From Sediminibacterium sp. (lineage in GTDB: Bacteria; Bacteroidota; Bacteroidia; Chitinophagales; Chitinophagaceae): a stretch of 64,000 nucleotides of DNA. The stretch lies in assembly GCA_041856175.1 (NCBI GenBank), contig JBHAFM010000152.1:19460-83459 (forward strand), given 5' to 3'. How positions within the stretch are numbered: the first letter of the stretch is position 1; every line of letters begins with the position of its first letter. Position numbers and translations under genes: made by a program. Positions 48,312-58,972 of this stretch are shown in pieces. The notes below the pieces were generated by a model. That model searched no databases and was not told the DNA's origin. It saw nothing but the letters and a program-made list of their open reading frames with translations.

Positions 48312-48646
48312 GATATTTCTGTTTAAGTTTAACCAGCGCTATCCCGCCGGTTTTTAATGGACGGCAAAGGTATGCCGATGGTATCTGATTTTCCAAGGAT
48401 TTCAGGGTGTATTTTTTATTGAACATTCATAAATAATTGATAATCAATTAAAAATTTGCCCATTAATTTTATAGCTGAAGAAAATAGGCAGCATTATTGT
48501 ATTTGCACCTTATAGTGTTGCATAAAAGCTCGGCAGAAAACTCAAATGATCAACAAGCTTTATCTTTGACAACGACCTTGTAATCAAGGAAAATACCTTT
48601 TAACCCTGCCGAAGCATTAATTAAAGAATACGAACTCCAATAGATT

Positions 48647-49834
48647 TTGTCTTACAGAAAATTTCAGGCCACCCAGCTCTTTACCGGATCAGCAATGCTG
48701 GATGGTGATTCAGTACTTATTACCGATGAAAAAGGTATTATAAAAGATATTGTTGCAGCATCTGAGGCCGGTGACGATATCCATCAATTAAACGGCATCC
48801 TCTCCCCCGGGTTCGTCAATTGCCACTGCCACCTTGAGCTCAGTCACATGCGGGGTCTCATTCCCGAACACACCGGTTTAGTCGATTTTGTTTTCAAAGT
48901 AGTTACCCAGCGCCATTTCCCCGATGAAGAGATCGAAGATGCGATTGCCAGGGCCGAAGATGAAATGCTGGCAAACGGTATTGTTGCTGTTGGGGACATC
49001 TGCAACAACACGCTTACCATACCGCAAAAACAATTACACAGGATTGCCTATTATAATTTCATTGAAACGAGCGGCTGGCTGCCTGCAATTGCACAAGCAA
49101 GGTATGACAGGTCGCTTGAGCATTACAACAAATACGCCCTGCTCCCAGCTTCCAGGTCCAGGCTTTCCCTTTCTCCTCACGCCCCCTATTCTGTTTCCGG
49201 TGAATTATGGCAGCTCCTGCAACCTCATTTTGACAACAAAACCATTACCATTCACAACCAGGAAACAGCTTTTGAAGATGAATTGTTTGAAAAAGGCACC
49301 GGGGACTTCTCCCGTATGTACGAATTGATGAAGCTTGATACTTCATTTTTCAAACCCAGCGGCAAAAGCAGCCTGCAGTCTTATTTTCGCCAGTTCCACA
49401 AGGCCAAAAACGTATTGCTGGTGCATAATACATTTACCAAAGAAGCTGATGTTGTTTTTGCCGGCCGGGAATCAGCTGTCAGCAACCAGGAATTATTTTA
49501 TTGCCTGTGCATCAATGCCAATCAATATATTGAACAGGCCGTGCCTCCGGTTGATATGTTTTTGCGCAACAACTGCCGGCTTGTGATCGGAACAGATAGT
49601 TTAGCCAGTAACCGGAGCCTGAGCGTACTGGATGAGTTAAAGACCATCCGCAAGCACTTTCCACATATTCCATTGGCCCAATTACTGCAATGGGCAACGT
49701 ATCATGGTGCCCGGGCATTACAATTAGACCATGTGGCGGGCAGTTTTGCAGAAGGTAATAAGCCTGGTGTGCTGCTGCTTGAGCAGGCAGCAAATAATAT
49801 CTGCGAGGAAACAACTGTTAACAGGTTATTGTAA
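48647..49834 (+). CDS. Amidohydrolase-family protein (metal-dependent deaminase/chlorohydrolase-like)
   Basis: The HxH motif is NCHCHLELS. The only in-frame start after the upstream TAG at 48641 is TTG at 48647. Confidence 0.75.
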   Translation: MSYRKFQATQLFTGSAMLDGDSVLITDEKGIIKDIVAASEAGDDIHQLNGILSPGFVNCHCHLELSHMRGLIPEHTGLVDFVFKVVTQRHFPDEEIEDAIARAEDEMLANGIVAVGDICNNTLTIPQKQLHRIAYYNFIETSGWLPAIAQARYDRSLEHYNKYALLPASRSRLSLSPHAPYSVSGELWQLLQPHFDNKTITIHNQETAFEDELFEKGTGDFSRMYELMKLDTSFFKPSGKSSLQSYFRQFHKAKNVLLVHNTFTKEADVVFAGRESAVSNQELFYCLCINANQYIEQAVPPVDMFLRNNCRLVIGTDSLASNRSLSVLDELKTIRKHFPHIPLAQLLQWATYHGARALQLDHVAGSFAEGNKPGVLLLEQAANNICEETTVNRLL

Positions 49835-49840
49835 ACCAGG

Positions 49841-50578
49841 TTACTCCAGCACTTCCTGCAAAATGGCAAGGCTCTTCAATTCTCCGAAATCTGCAACATG
49901 CAGGGCAATATAAGTCTGGTAGGCCTGCAACAATTCTCTCCGCAGGTTCCTGTTCAATGGCATGTGTTCAAGATCGTTATAAAACCGAAGGCTCAGTAGT
50001 TGTGAAGTAATACTGGCCAATGGCCCGTCAAGGTAATATGGGTGAGATGGTTTAGCAGTAATGAATTGCCCCTCCTGTAAGTCCAGCACGGGGCTTTGCT
50101 CGCTATAGGTTCCCTGCATTTGAAAACCCAGTTCACCGCCAAGGTGTAAAATAAAATAAAGCGGCAGGTTGGCTGTCAAAGTATCTGTTCCCCTATCCAG
50201 TTGTTTCAGTGTATCTTCTATCAGGTAAAACAATTCCGGGTTGGCTTCGGGCTGTTTGAAGCTGTGCTGCAATAATTCTATCACATACATGGCAACTGCA
50301 TTGCGTGCCACATCGAAAAATACCTGCTCATATAAGTATGCCCATTGAAATTCTCTTACAAATTGCAGTTGTTTCAATTCATTGTGGTACACTTCCATCT
50401 CCAGTATGGCGGCCGGCTGAAAGTAGCCTGCTTTACCGGAAGAAGTTTTAGTACGCTGGCGTACTCCTTTTACGATATAGCTCTGCACACCAAAAAGTTC
50501 CGTGTATACGGTTGTGATAACACTGGTATCGCCATATTTTACAGTACGCAAAACAATGCCTTTGGTAGCATGAACCAT
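49841..50578 (-). CDS. recO: DNA repair protein RecO
   Basis: 245 aa with an N-terminal OB-fold pattern (KGIVLRTVKYGDTS) typical of RecO. Confidence 0.8.
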   Translation of the reverse strand: MVHATKGIVLRTVKYGDTSVITTVYTELFGVQSYIVKGVRQRTKTSSGKAGYFQPAAILEMEVYHNELKQLQFVREFQWAYLYEQVFFDVARNAVAMYVIELLQHSFKQPEANPELFYLIEDTLKQLDRGTDTLTANLPLYFILHLGGELGFQMQGTYSEQSPVLDLQEGQFITAKPSHPYYLDGPLASITSQLLSLRFYNDLEHMPLNRNLRRELLQAYQTYIALHVADFGELKSLAILQEVLE

Positions 50579-50653
50579 TGGTAATAATAATTATTGCGGT
50601 GTAAAATTAAGATTGCAGGTCCAACTTTATACCGTACCGGGAAGGGATTGTTG

Positions 50654-51460
50654 TTAATGCAATGTTTGCATTGCCGGAACCGGTAGTAAAGCGGGGGCAG
50701 TTACAACCGCCACAGTTACAGGTACGTTTAATGGTTTTAGCTGTATGATCTTTACTGCATGCATCCCTTTCATAATAAGATAGGTAAGATCAAATTCAAA
50801 CCATTTTTTGGCAAAATTGGCATCTTCTTTGGCATAATGGTGGTTATTCTGAAACAGTTCGCCCATAAGCAATACACCCCACGGTGAACTATTCTTCGAA
50901 TGATCCCCGTTCTCAAAATTGCTGTACCCGTATTTATGGCCGCACCAGTTAACAATAGCGCCTTGTATGGGGCCCATTAAAAAATGCACCGGCAGCATTA
51001 ACAACCACCATAGGTTGGGAGAAAAATAAAGATAGAAGCCGGTATATATTGCCCCAAAGCATATCCTCGTAAACGCATGATGACCGAACTTATCAAGCCT
51101 GTCCCATACCGGGAGATAGGCTACTGTAAACTGTGCATCGGGCAGGTCTTTACCGGTCAGAAACCCACGGAATATCTGGATGGTGCTGCGCATCATCTGG
51201 TAGACATCTGTAAAAAAATGCGGTGAATGCGGATCCTGCTCTGTATCGCTGTAGGTATGGTGCATACGGTGCATCACGCCATAGGCCCTGGGTACTAAGT
51301 AAGAGGAACCCTGTACCAGCCAGGTAGTGAAATAAAAAGTGCGTTCCCAGTTTTTACTGGTGGTATACATCTGGTGCGAACAGAAACGATGCAGAAAGAA
51401 GGAATGAAAAAACAAGGAAAGGAACCAATGTCCAAAGAAAAAGCACAGGATTACAAACAT
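50654..51460 (-). CDS. Membrane acyl-CoA (delta-9-type) fatty acid desaturase
   Basis: Three His boxes are present: HRFCSH, HRMHH and QNNHH. Confidence 0.85.
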   Translation of the reverse strand: MFVILCFFFGHWFLSLFFHSFFLHRFCSHQMYTTSKNWERTFYFTTWLVQGSSYLVPRAYGVMHRMHHTYSDTEQDPHSPHFFTDVYQMMRSTIQIFRGFLTGKDLPDAQFTVAYLPVWDRLDKFGHHAFTRICFGAIYTGFYLYFSPNLWWLLMLPVHFLMGPIQGAIVNWCGHKYGYSNFENGDHSKNSSPWGVLLMGELFQNNHHYAKEDANFAKKWFEFDLTYLIMKGMHAVKIIQLKPLNVPVTVAVVTAPALLPVPAMQTLH

Positions 51461-51559
51461 GTTGGGTAATTAGGTGGTATGCATGGGCAAAGCGGTAAGA
51501 TAACAACTTTATCCAGACTCCAACAGTAAAATAGTTGCTTTAACAATTAAATATGGTTA

Positions 51560-52591
51560 TCAGACTGCACCAGTAAACTGTTTCAGGAAGCGTACATCAT
51601 TCTGTGAATATAAACGCAGATCGTTGACCTGGTACCTCAATTGGGTGATCCTTTCCACTCCCATGCCAAAGGCAAAGCCGGTATATTTATTGGGGTCAAT
51701 GTCAAAATTCTCCAGCACTTTCGGGTGCACCATGCCACTACCTAGTATTTCCACCCAACCGGTGTGCTTACAAATATTACACCCTTCACCACCACAGATC
51801 AGGCAGCTGATATCCATCTCTGCGCTTGGTTCTGTAAAGGGAAAGTAACTGGGACGGAAACGTACTTTCACGTGTTTCCCAAACATTTCCTGTACAAAGA
51901 AATAAAGGGTTTGTTTCAGGTCGGCAAAGCTTACATTGTCATCAATATATAAACCCTCCACCTGGTGAAAGAAGCAATGCGCCCTGGCGCTGATGGTTTC
52001 GTTGCGGTATACGCGACCGGGACATATCACACGTATGGGTGGTTTTTGCGTTTCCATGACCCTGGCCTGTACACTGCTGGTATGTGTGCGCAATAACCAA
52101 TCCGGGTTTTGACTGATATAAAAAGTATCCTGCATATCACGTGCCGGATGATCTTCGGGAAGGTTCATGGCACCGAAATTGTGCCAGTCGTCCTCTATTT
52201 CCGGGCCTTCTGCCACTGCAAAACCCAGTCTTTTAAAAATGGAGACGATCTGGTTGCGTACAATACTTAATGGATGGCGGGTTCCCACTGCAACCGGATC
52301 ACCGGGAAGGCTCCAGTCTGCCTGCCTGGCATGATCAGCTTCATGCACCAGGCTGTTCGTTTTTAAGGATTCATATCTCGCTTCGGCAAATTGTTTGAAC
52401 TCATTCAGCAGCAGTCCGAAGGCCTTTTTCTGCTCATTGGGCACATTTCGCATCTCTCCCATCACCTCTTTGACCAACCCTTTGGTACCCAGGTACTTGA
52501 TACGAAAAGCCTCAACCGCTTCAGCAGTAGTTGCTTCAAAAGCAGCCATTTCCTGCTTGTATGCTTCCATCTGTTGCACTAACTGTTCCAT
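51560..52591 (-). CDS. pheS: Phenylalanine--tRNA ligase alpha subunit
   Basis: Class II motifs are present (HPLS..., FRPSYFPFTEPS, GFAFGMGVERI). Confidence 0.95.
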   Translation of the reverse strand: MEQLVQQMEAYKQEMAAFEATTAEAVEAFRIKYLGTKGLVKEVMGEMRNVPNEQKKAFGLLLNEFKQFAEARYESLKTNSLVHEADHARQADWSLPGDPVAVGTRHPLSIVRNQIVSIFKRLGFAVAEGPEIEDDWHNFGAMNLPEDHPARDMQDTFYISQNPDWLLRTHTSSVQARVMETQKPPIRVICPGRVYRNETISARAHCFFHQVEGLYIDDNVSFADLKQTLYFFVQEMFGKHVKVRFRPSYFPFTEPSAEMDISCLICGGEGCNICKHTGWVEILGSGMVHPKVLENFDIDPNKYTGFAFGMGVERITQLRYQVNDLRLYSQNDVRFLKQFTGAV

Positions 52592-52651
52592 TCGGCGAAG
52601 ATAAATAAATATGCAGCATTACCGCCCGGCATTGCGTACATTTGCTACTGC

Positions 52652-53398
52652 ATGATGAATAATGACATGGAATACAATACCAACAGGAATTACTTAGGCA
52701 TGAAGGAATATGGCCGCCACGTACAAAAGATGGTGGAATATTTACTGACGATTGAAGATCGCGATAAGCGTCAGCAACAGGCCCAGTGTGTCATAGAATT
52801 AATGGGCTTTCTGAACCCCCACCTTAAAAATGTAGAGGATTTCCGTCATATGCTTTGGGACCATCTTTTCTTTATCAGTGGCTTTCAACTGGATGTAGAC
52901 AGTCCCTATCCCATTCCGCAGAAAGAAACTTACAAACAAAAGCCAGACCCGCTCCCTTACCCCAAACGTCATCCAAAATACGCGCACTTAGGTAAGAACC
53001 TGGAAGTGGTGATAGACAAAGCCCTCAAAGAAGAGGACCCTGAAAAGAAAGCCGGCTTTGCCCATGCAATCGCTTATTATATGAAGCTTGCTTACAGCAA
53101 CTGGCATAAAGAATTGGTACACGATGATGCGATACGCAGTGAGTTGAACAGTATTACCGGTGGCGAACTGGAATTCAGTAACACGCCTTTCATTAAACAC
53201 CGCAACCAGAACTTTGAGCGCGACGAATATGGCGGCGGCAGAAGCGGCGGACGCTGGCAGCAGAATTTTGGCGGACGCAATCGCAACACAAGTGGTGGTG
53301 GCGGTAACAGGAATAACCGCAATAATAGCGGCGGCGGTAACAGGAGTAATCGCAATAACAATAATAACCGCAACGGACAATTCAAGAAGCGGTATTAA
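52652..53398 (+). CDS. DUF4290 protein with an Arg/Gly/Asn-rich C-terminal tail
   Basis: The N-terminal roughly 185 aa resemble DUF4290 (EYGRHVQKMVEYL). The tail is GGGRSGGRWQQNFGGRNRN...NNNNRNGQFKKRY. The gene lies upstream of murA. Confidence 0.8.
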   Translation: MMNNDMEYNTNRNYLGMKEYGRHVQKMVEYLLTIEDRDKRQQQAQCVIELMGFLNPHLKNVEDFRHMLWDHLFFISGFQLDVDSPYPIPQKETYKQKPDPLPYPKRHPKYAHLGKNLEVVIDKALKEEDPEKKAGFAHAIAYYMKLAYSNWHKELVHDDAIRSELNSITGGELEFSNTPFIKHRNQNFERDEYGGGRSGGRWQQNFGGRNRNTSGGGGNRNNRNNSGGGNRSNRNNNNNRNGQFKKRY

Positions 53399-53439
53399 TA
53401 TTGAAAAATAACGCATAACCCTATGGGTTTTAAATACAA

Positions 53440-53470
53440 AGCACTGGCTTATACAACCAGTGCTTTTTTA
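53440..53470 (+). terminator. Intrinsic terminator after the DUF4290 gene
   Basis: AGCACTGG-N9-CCAGTGCT is followed by TTTTTT. Confidence 0.75.
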
Positions 53471-53561
53471 TTCCACCCCGGTCTCGCCAGGCCATTTTTA
53501 CATTGCGTCATTAAACTATTATATTCGCTTAATTAACTGATCATCCATTCAATTACATCAT

Positions 53562-54869
53562 ATGAGTTCCTTCGAAGTAAGAGGTGGGAAGCGACTGAAA
53601 GGCGAGATCGTTCCGCAGGGAGCCAAGAATGAAGCGTTACAGATCCTGTCTGCCGTACTGCTCACCACAGAACCCATTACCATTACAAACATACCCGATA
53701 TACTGGATGTTAACCTGCTGATAGAATTGCTGCAGGATATAGGCGTAAAAGTATCCCGTGCCGACAGGCATACTTGTACATTCCAGGCTGATAATATCAA
53801 TACTGACTACCTGGCATCTGATGATTTCAGGAAGAAAAGCGGGCGTTTGCGTGGCAGTGTGATGTTAGCTGGCCCCATGCTAACAAGATTTAAAAAAGCA
53901 TACATTCCCAAACCCGGTGGCGATAAAATTGGCCGCCGGAGATTAGACACACATATCATTGGCTTTGAAAAACTGGGAGCCAAATTTGAATTTGACGAAG
54001 CACACAGTTGCTTTAAACTCAGCTCACCGCAGCTCACCGGCACTTTCATGTTGTTAGATGAACCATCTGTAACCGGTACCGCTAATATTGTAATGGCGGC
54101 GGTACTGGCAGAAGGTACCACTTCCATTTACAATGCCGCATGTGAACCTTACCTGCAGCAACTCTGCCATATGCTGAATCGCATGGGTGCCAAAATAAGC
54201 GGCATCGGCAGTAACCTCCTCACCATTGAAGGTGTGCCTAAACTCGGCGGCACTTCGCACCGGATGCTGCCCGATATGATCGAGATCGGAAGTTTTATCG
54301 GCCTTGCCGCCATGACACAAAGCGAAATCACCATTAAAGATGCCGGAGTTCAACACCTGGGTGTGATTCCCGACAAATTTCAACAATTAGGTATTCAGTT
54401 CCAGGTTAAAGGCGATGATATTTATATTCCTTCGCAGGATGTTTATGAGATCCAGACATTTATGGACGGTGGTATCCTCACCATCTATGATCATCCCTGG
54501 CCCGGCTTCACACCTGACCTGCTGAGCATTGTACTGGTAGTTGCCACACAGGCAAGAGGCAGTGTGCTTATTCACCAGAAAATGTTTGAAAGCCGCCTTT
54601 TTTTTACCGATAAGCTCATAGATATGGGCGCCCAGATCATCCTTTGCGATCCGCATCGCGCTACTGTGATCGGACTTGGAAGAAAGTATAACCTGCGTGG
54701 CATCACCATGACCAGTCCTGATATACGTGCGGGGCAGGCCTTGCTCATCGCAGCATTAAGTGCAGAAGGAAAGAGTGTGATACAGAATATAGAACAGATT
54801 GACAGGGGATACCAGTATATAGATGAACGTTTGCGGAATTTGGGAGCGGATATCAGAAGGGTGGGTTAG
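53562..54869 (+). CDS. murA: UDP-N-acetylglucosamine 1-carboxyvinyltransferase
   Basis: 435 aa with full-length MurA resemblance (GAKNEALQIL, PGGDKIGRRRLDTH). Confidence 0.95.
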   Translation: MSSFEVRGGKRLKGEIVPQGAKNEALQILSAVLLTTEPITITNIPDILDVNLLIELLQDIGVKVSRADRHTCTFQADNINTDYLASDDFRKKSGRLRGSVMLAGPMLTRFKKAYIPKPGGDKIGRRRLDTHIIGFEKLGAKFEFDEAHSCFKLSSPQLTGTFMLLDEPSVTGTANIVMAAVLAEGTTSIYNAACEPYLQQLCHMLNRMGAKISGIGSNLLTIEGVPKLGGTSHRMLPDMIEIGSFIGLAAMTQSEITIKDAGVQHLGVIPDKFQQLGIQFQVKGDDIYIPSQDVYEIQTFMDGGILTIYDHPWPGFTPDLLSIVLVVATQARGSVLIHQKMFESRLFFTDKLIDMGAQIILCDPHRATVIGLGRKYNLRGITMTSPDIRAGQALLIAALSAEGKSVIQNIEQIDRGYQYIDERLRNLGADIRRVG

Positions 54870-54900
54870 TGATATTGTTGCAACTATACATCCAGGAAAC

Positions 54901-56037
54901 ATGGCTATTGAATTCAAACAACGGAAAGTGCCTTTGATGGAAAAATTCGGGGTATACTACCTGAATCTTTTCCGGAGAAAGGACAATACCAGGCACGTGT
55001 TTGATTGTACCGATGAAGAACTGACACGTAAGGTCAACAGGATATCTGCCAAAGGAATATTTCTTTCTGCGCTTACGGGACTGGTATGCGTATGGCCTAC
55101 TGTATATATCGCAGTTTTAAAACAGGATGAACCATGGTATATTCAATATAGCTGGGTTAGCGGTGTAACGCTGGTCTCTGTTATCATTGAATTTTACATT
55201 TTGTTCATTATTGCGCTCAAAGCGGTGCATGAAGTAAGTGAGCTGGTGAATATGCACAGGCATGGCAAAGACTTTCTGCAGGATGGTCCTTTCAGTATTA
55301 CCAATATACTTTCCAGGGCGGCGCTTGAATTACCGGATCCTGAAATGCATATCCTGGGCATAGATCCTTTTAAAAGGGTATCCAAAAAAAACCTGCTGCT
55401 GCTCGGATTACTGTACAAATGCAAGATCATACTCACCAATTTTACAGGGCGGTGGCTGCTGACACATACCATAGGAAAAACGATCGCCGGCATTTCGATC
55501 AGCTATATTGCCCTCCCGGTAGAATGTTTCTGGAATGCACTGGTAATCCGCAGGGTGGTTCAGGAAGCCAGGCTGCGTCTGTTTGGTTTTACCCTTTGCA
55601 ATCATTTAGCAGATCATATCCTCCAAGAAGGATTGTTGCATGACCTTACCCCGGAAGCAAAGACTGGCTGCATCCGGGCAATAGGAAATGCCGTGGTGCT
55701 CGCGCGCAACTATCATCCGAATATGATCGTGCTGCTGCTTCGTTTCCAGCATTTGCTGCATATCACACAAGATCAGCGGTATGACGACTGGAATCTTTTT
55801 CTTGAAACACTGGAAAAAGTAAATCAGAAAGACAGGTTCTTCCTGCTTAACCTCTTTACGATTGCCGCAGCTTTCGACGGAAGGATCTCACGTTTGGAAG
55901 CTGCAAACATGAGAGATGCTTATGGCGCCTATTTTGAAAAATACCAGCCCCGCCTGATGCAGCTTACCGATCACCTGAAATCGGGCCGGCTTAATGCTGC
56001 TGCAGCTTTATGCAAGATCGATTTTACATCCGGTTAG
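54901..56037 (+). CDS. Hypothetical membrane protein
   Basis: 378 aa from MAIEFKQRK. There are two clear TM helices near residues 70-125 and a helical C-terminal half. I cannot name a family with confidence. Confidence 0.6.
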   Translation: MAIEFKQRKVPLMEKFGVYYLNLFRRKDNTRHVFDCTDEELTRKVNRISAKGIFLSALTGLVCVWPTVYIAVLKQDEPWYIQYSWVSGVTLVSVIIEFYILFIIALKAVHEVSELVNMHRHGKDFLQDGPFSITNILSRAALELPDPEMHILGIDPFKRVSKKNLLLLGLLYKCKIILTNFTGRWLLTHTIGKTIAGISISYIALPVECFWNALVIRRVVQEARLRLFGFTLCNHLADHILQEGLLHDLTPEAKTGCIRAIGNAVVLARNYHPNMIVLLLRFQHLLHITQDQRYDDWNLFLETLEKVNQKDRFFLLNLFTIAAAFDGRISRLEAANMRDAYGAYFEKYQPRLMQLTDHLKSGRLNAAAALCKIDFTSG

Positions 56038-56058
56038 CTGAAAAGGAGGCCTTCATTA

Positions 56059-57594
56059 TCAGTATTTCGCCGGTTGCCCCGGTTTAGGTGTGGATTTTTT
56101 AATGAATGCCCGCAGGTGCTCATTACTGGTAGACAGGTCTTCTTTACGCAGGTACATCATATGCCCGCTGCGATAGCCTTCCCATGACATGCGGTCTTTC
56201 AGTTTTCCGCCCGGATCCATCTGCCACATATTGTATTTGGCATTGAAATAATCACAGGCGCCATCGAAATATCCCGACTGTACCAGCAAATGCAGGTAAG
56301 GATTCTGCGCCATCGCCTGCCGCAGGTTTTCTCCCGTATTATTATTGGTATTATCCCAGGGGAACACAGGGCCGAACATATTATACTTGAGGTCTGTTTT
56401 ATAATTCAGTTCCTCACGCAAAAACATATTAATGGCCGGGGTAAAAGAATGCAGCCATGAAGTTAATTCAGCATTATAATCCGGTCCCTGGCCGGCGTCT
56501 TTTTTATCCATCCCCAGGTAACGCGAATCTAATCTTCCAACCGTATACCCCCTGTCGCGCAGCAGTGATTTCCAGAAATAATTGGTTGGAATATCAAAAT
56601 TCTGTTGCAGCACTTCTTTTGCCGAAATACCCGAATACCGCGAAACTTTAGCAGCGATCTCATTTTTCTTTGCATCACCCAATGCTCCGCCCATTGCCAG
56701 CGCGGGTAAAAATTCATTGATGGTAAATGTTTCCACTTCGGGCAGCAAAGCAGTAAGGTCTTTTTGCTGCAGATCAGCGCTCAGGGCTTTATGATACCAG
56801 GCTGTTGCCGCATAGTAAGGCAGGCGCAAGGCAGCTGCTGAAGGTTCATCACGCTCAATTCCAAGTGTGGTGGGCGATACCAGTACAACGCCATTCAGGT
56901 ATATCCAATGGGTGTTCTGCAGCTCCAGTGCCAGTCCCGAAACACGTGTAGTGCCATAACTTTCACCGATCAGGTATTTGGGCGATGCCCATCGTTTATA
57001 GCGGCTGATAAATGTATTGATCCATTCGGCGAGGTATTTGATATCGGCATTGACCCCAAAGAATTTCGTAGAAGGTACATCTTTGCCAATGATCCTGGAA
57101 AAGCCCGTATTCACGGGATCTACATAAACGATATCTGCAACATCAAGGATGGAATTCGGATTATCTTTTAATCCGTATGGCTGCACAGGATAGCCTTCGT
57201 CATCTATCTTCAGAATGCGTGGACCGGTATATCCTATCTGCATCCATACCGATGCAGTACCAGGACCGCCATTGAATGAGATCACCAATGGCCGTGAAGC
57301 ACGGTCATTCACATCGCTGCGTTCATAGTAAGTATAAAAGATACCGGCAACCGCTTTACCCTCCTCATCCCAAACCGGGATGGTACCGGCTGTTACTTTA
57401 TATGGTACACGCTGGCCTTTAATGGCAACTTCTCCTTTTGTTACAACGCTGGATTCAGCCTCTACCTGGCGCTTTGAAGTTATTTGCGAGGGGGTGCCTT
57501 TGGCAGATGCAGCCGTATCGGCAGTTGATTGTTTTTGTGCAGGCAGGCTCACAGAACCACAGTAAAACAACAATAAAAACAGTGTTTTTCTCAT
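56059..57594 (-). CDS. S10-family serine carboxypeptidase, secreted
   Basis: A signal peptide is present, and the catalytic serine motif is GESYGT. Confidence 0.85.
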   Translation of the reverse strand: MRKTLFLLLFYCGSVSLPAQKQSTADTAASAKGTPSQITSKRQVEAESSVVTKGEVAIKGQRVPYKVTAGTIPVWDEEGKAVAGIFYTYYERSDVNDRASRPLVISFNGGPGTASVWMQIGYTGPRILKIDDEGYPVQPYGLKDNPNSILDVADIVYVDPVNTGFSRIIGKDVPSTKFFGVNADIKYLAEWINTFISRYKRWASPKYLIGESYGTTRVSGLALELQNTHWIYLNGVVLVSPTTLGIERDEPSAAALRLPYYAATAWYHKALSADLQQKDLTALLPEVETFTINEFLPALAMGGALGDAKKNEIAAKVSRYSGISAKEVLQQNFDIPTNYFWKSLLRDRGYTVGRLDSRYLGMDKKDAGQGPDYNAELTSWLHSFTPAINMFLREELNYKTDLKYNMFGPVFPWDNTNNNTGENLRQAMAQNPYLHLLVQSGYFDGACDYFNAKYNMWQMDPGGKLKDRMSWEGYRSGHMMYLRKEDLSTSNEHLRAFIKKSTPKPGQPAKY

Positions 57595-57666
57595 GATAGT
57601 TTATTTATAGACGTAAAGGAACTAAAATAAGGAAATCTTATATTTTACTGTAACCGTTCATATAAT

Positions 57667-58833
57667 TCATGAGCCAGCAAGGGAACGCGAGATGCCCAAT
57701 TCAAGACCCCGCAATTCTGCCAGTCCCCGTAAACGGCCAATAGCACTGTAGCCAGGGTATGTTTTTTTGGAGAGATCATCCAGCATCTGGTGTCCATGAT
57801 CGGGGCGCATAGGTATGGACCGTTTCCTTTGCTGCATCATCAGGATGATCTCTTTTACCACCGCATACATGTCCACATCACCCATAAGGTGGTCCGCTTC
57901 GTAAAAATTCCCTTCTGTATCTCGTTTTGTACTCCTGAGATGGATAAAATGAATATGGTTGTGAAAACGGCGAATGATGTTTATAAGATCATTATCCGGC
58001 CGCACACCAAAGGAACCGGTACAGAAACACAGTCCATTTGCTTCCGATGGAACAGCTTCTAATAATTCTTTTACATCCCCCGCTGTACTTACAATGCGTG
58101 GCAACCCCAATAAAGCATAAGGCGGGTCATCGGGATGAATTGCCATTTTTAATCCTGCTTTTGCTGCAACCGGTACCACTTCCTTCAGGAAAAAAAATAA
58201 ATGCTTCTTCAGTTGCTTTACATCGATATGCGCATAGGTCTTTAACGCAGCCAGTATTTCCTCCGGTGTAAAAGGTTCTTCACTGCCCGGCAGGCCCAGC
58301 AGGCAGTTTTTATACAAGGTTGCTTTTTCTGCATCGCTCATAGCTGTATACTTTGTTGTTGCTTTGGCAATGTCATGGGTAGTATAATCTTTTTCAGCGC
58401 CCGGCCGCTCCAGCAGGAAAAGATCAAACGCAATGAAAGCAGTCCGTTCAAAAAACAAAGCCCTGCTTTTATCCGGCATTTCATAGTTCACATCTGTACG
58501 CATCCAGTCCAGTATGGGCATGAAGTTGTAAGTTACCACTTCCAGGCCGCACTGGGCAACATTGCGCAGACTCTGTTTATAGCTTTCAATGTAACGCAGG
58601 TATTGTCCCGTTTGCTTCTTGATATCCTCATGCACCGGCAGGCTTTCTATGACTGTCCACCGCATGCCTGCATCTTCTACCAGTTTTTTCCGTTTCATGA
58701 TCTCGTCTACCGGCCAGATATCTCCCGCCGGGATATGATGCAATGCAGTTACCACTCCCGTACATCCTGCCTGCCTGATATCGCTCAGTGACACCGGATC
58801 ATTGGGGCCGAACCATCGCATGGTTTGTTCCAT
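57667..58833 (-). CDS. uxuA: Mannonate dehydratase
   Basis: The start [14 protein letters not shown] closely matches the UxuA N-terminus. Confidence 0.9.
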   Translation of the reverse strand: MEQTMRWFGPNDPVSLSDIRQAGCTGVVTALHHIPAGDIWPVDEIMKRKKLVEDAGMRWTVIESLPVHEDIKKQTGQYLRYIESYKQSLRNVAQCGLEVVTYNFMPILDWMRTDVNYEMPDKSRALFFERTAFIAFDLFLLERPGAEKDYTTHDIAKATTKYTAMSDAEKATLYKNCLLGLPGSEEPFTPEEILAALKTYAHIDVKQLKKHLFFFLKEVVPVAAKAGLKMAIHPDDPPYALLGLPRIVSTAGDVKELLEAVPSEANGLCFCTGSFGVRPDNDLINIIRRFHNHIHFIHLRSTKRDTEGNFYEADHLMGDVDMYAVVKEIILMMQQRKRSIPMRPDHGHQMLDDLSKKTYPGYSAIGRLRGLAELRGLELGISRSLAGS

Positions 58834-58972
58834 TAACATATCTGTATTGTTTATCGTATACCAACAACCGTTTACATTTTTTTACAGCAAGCTTATTTAA
58901 ATACCTTTAGCAAAAAGGTGTAACGAGGTTTCTTCTGAAGCTCTGGCCAAAGACTTTAAAAACAAACGCAAT

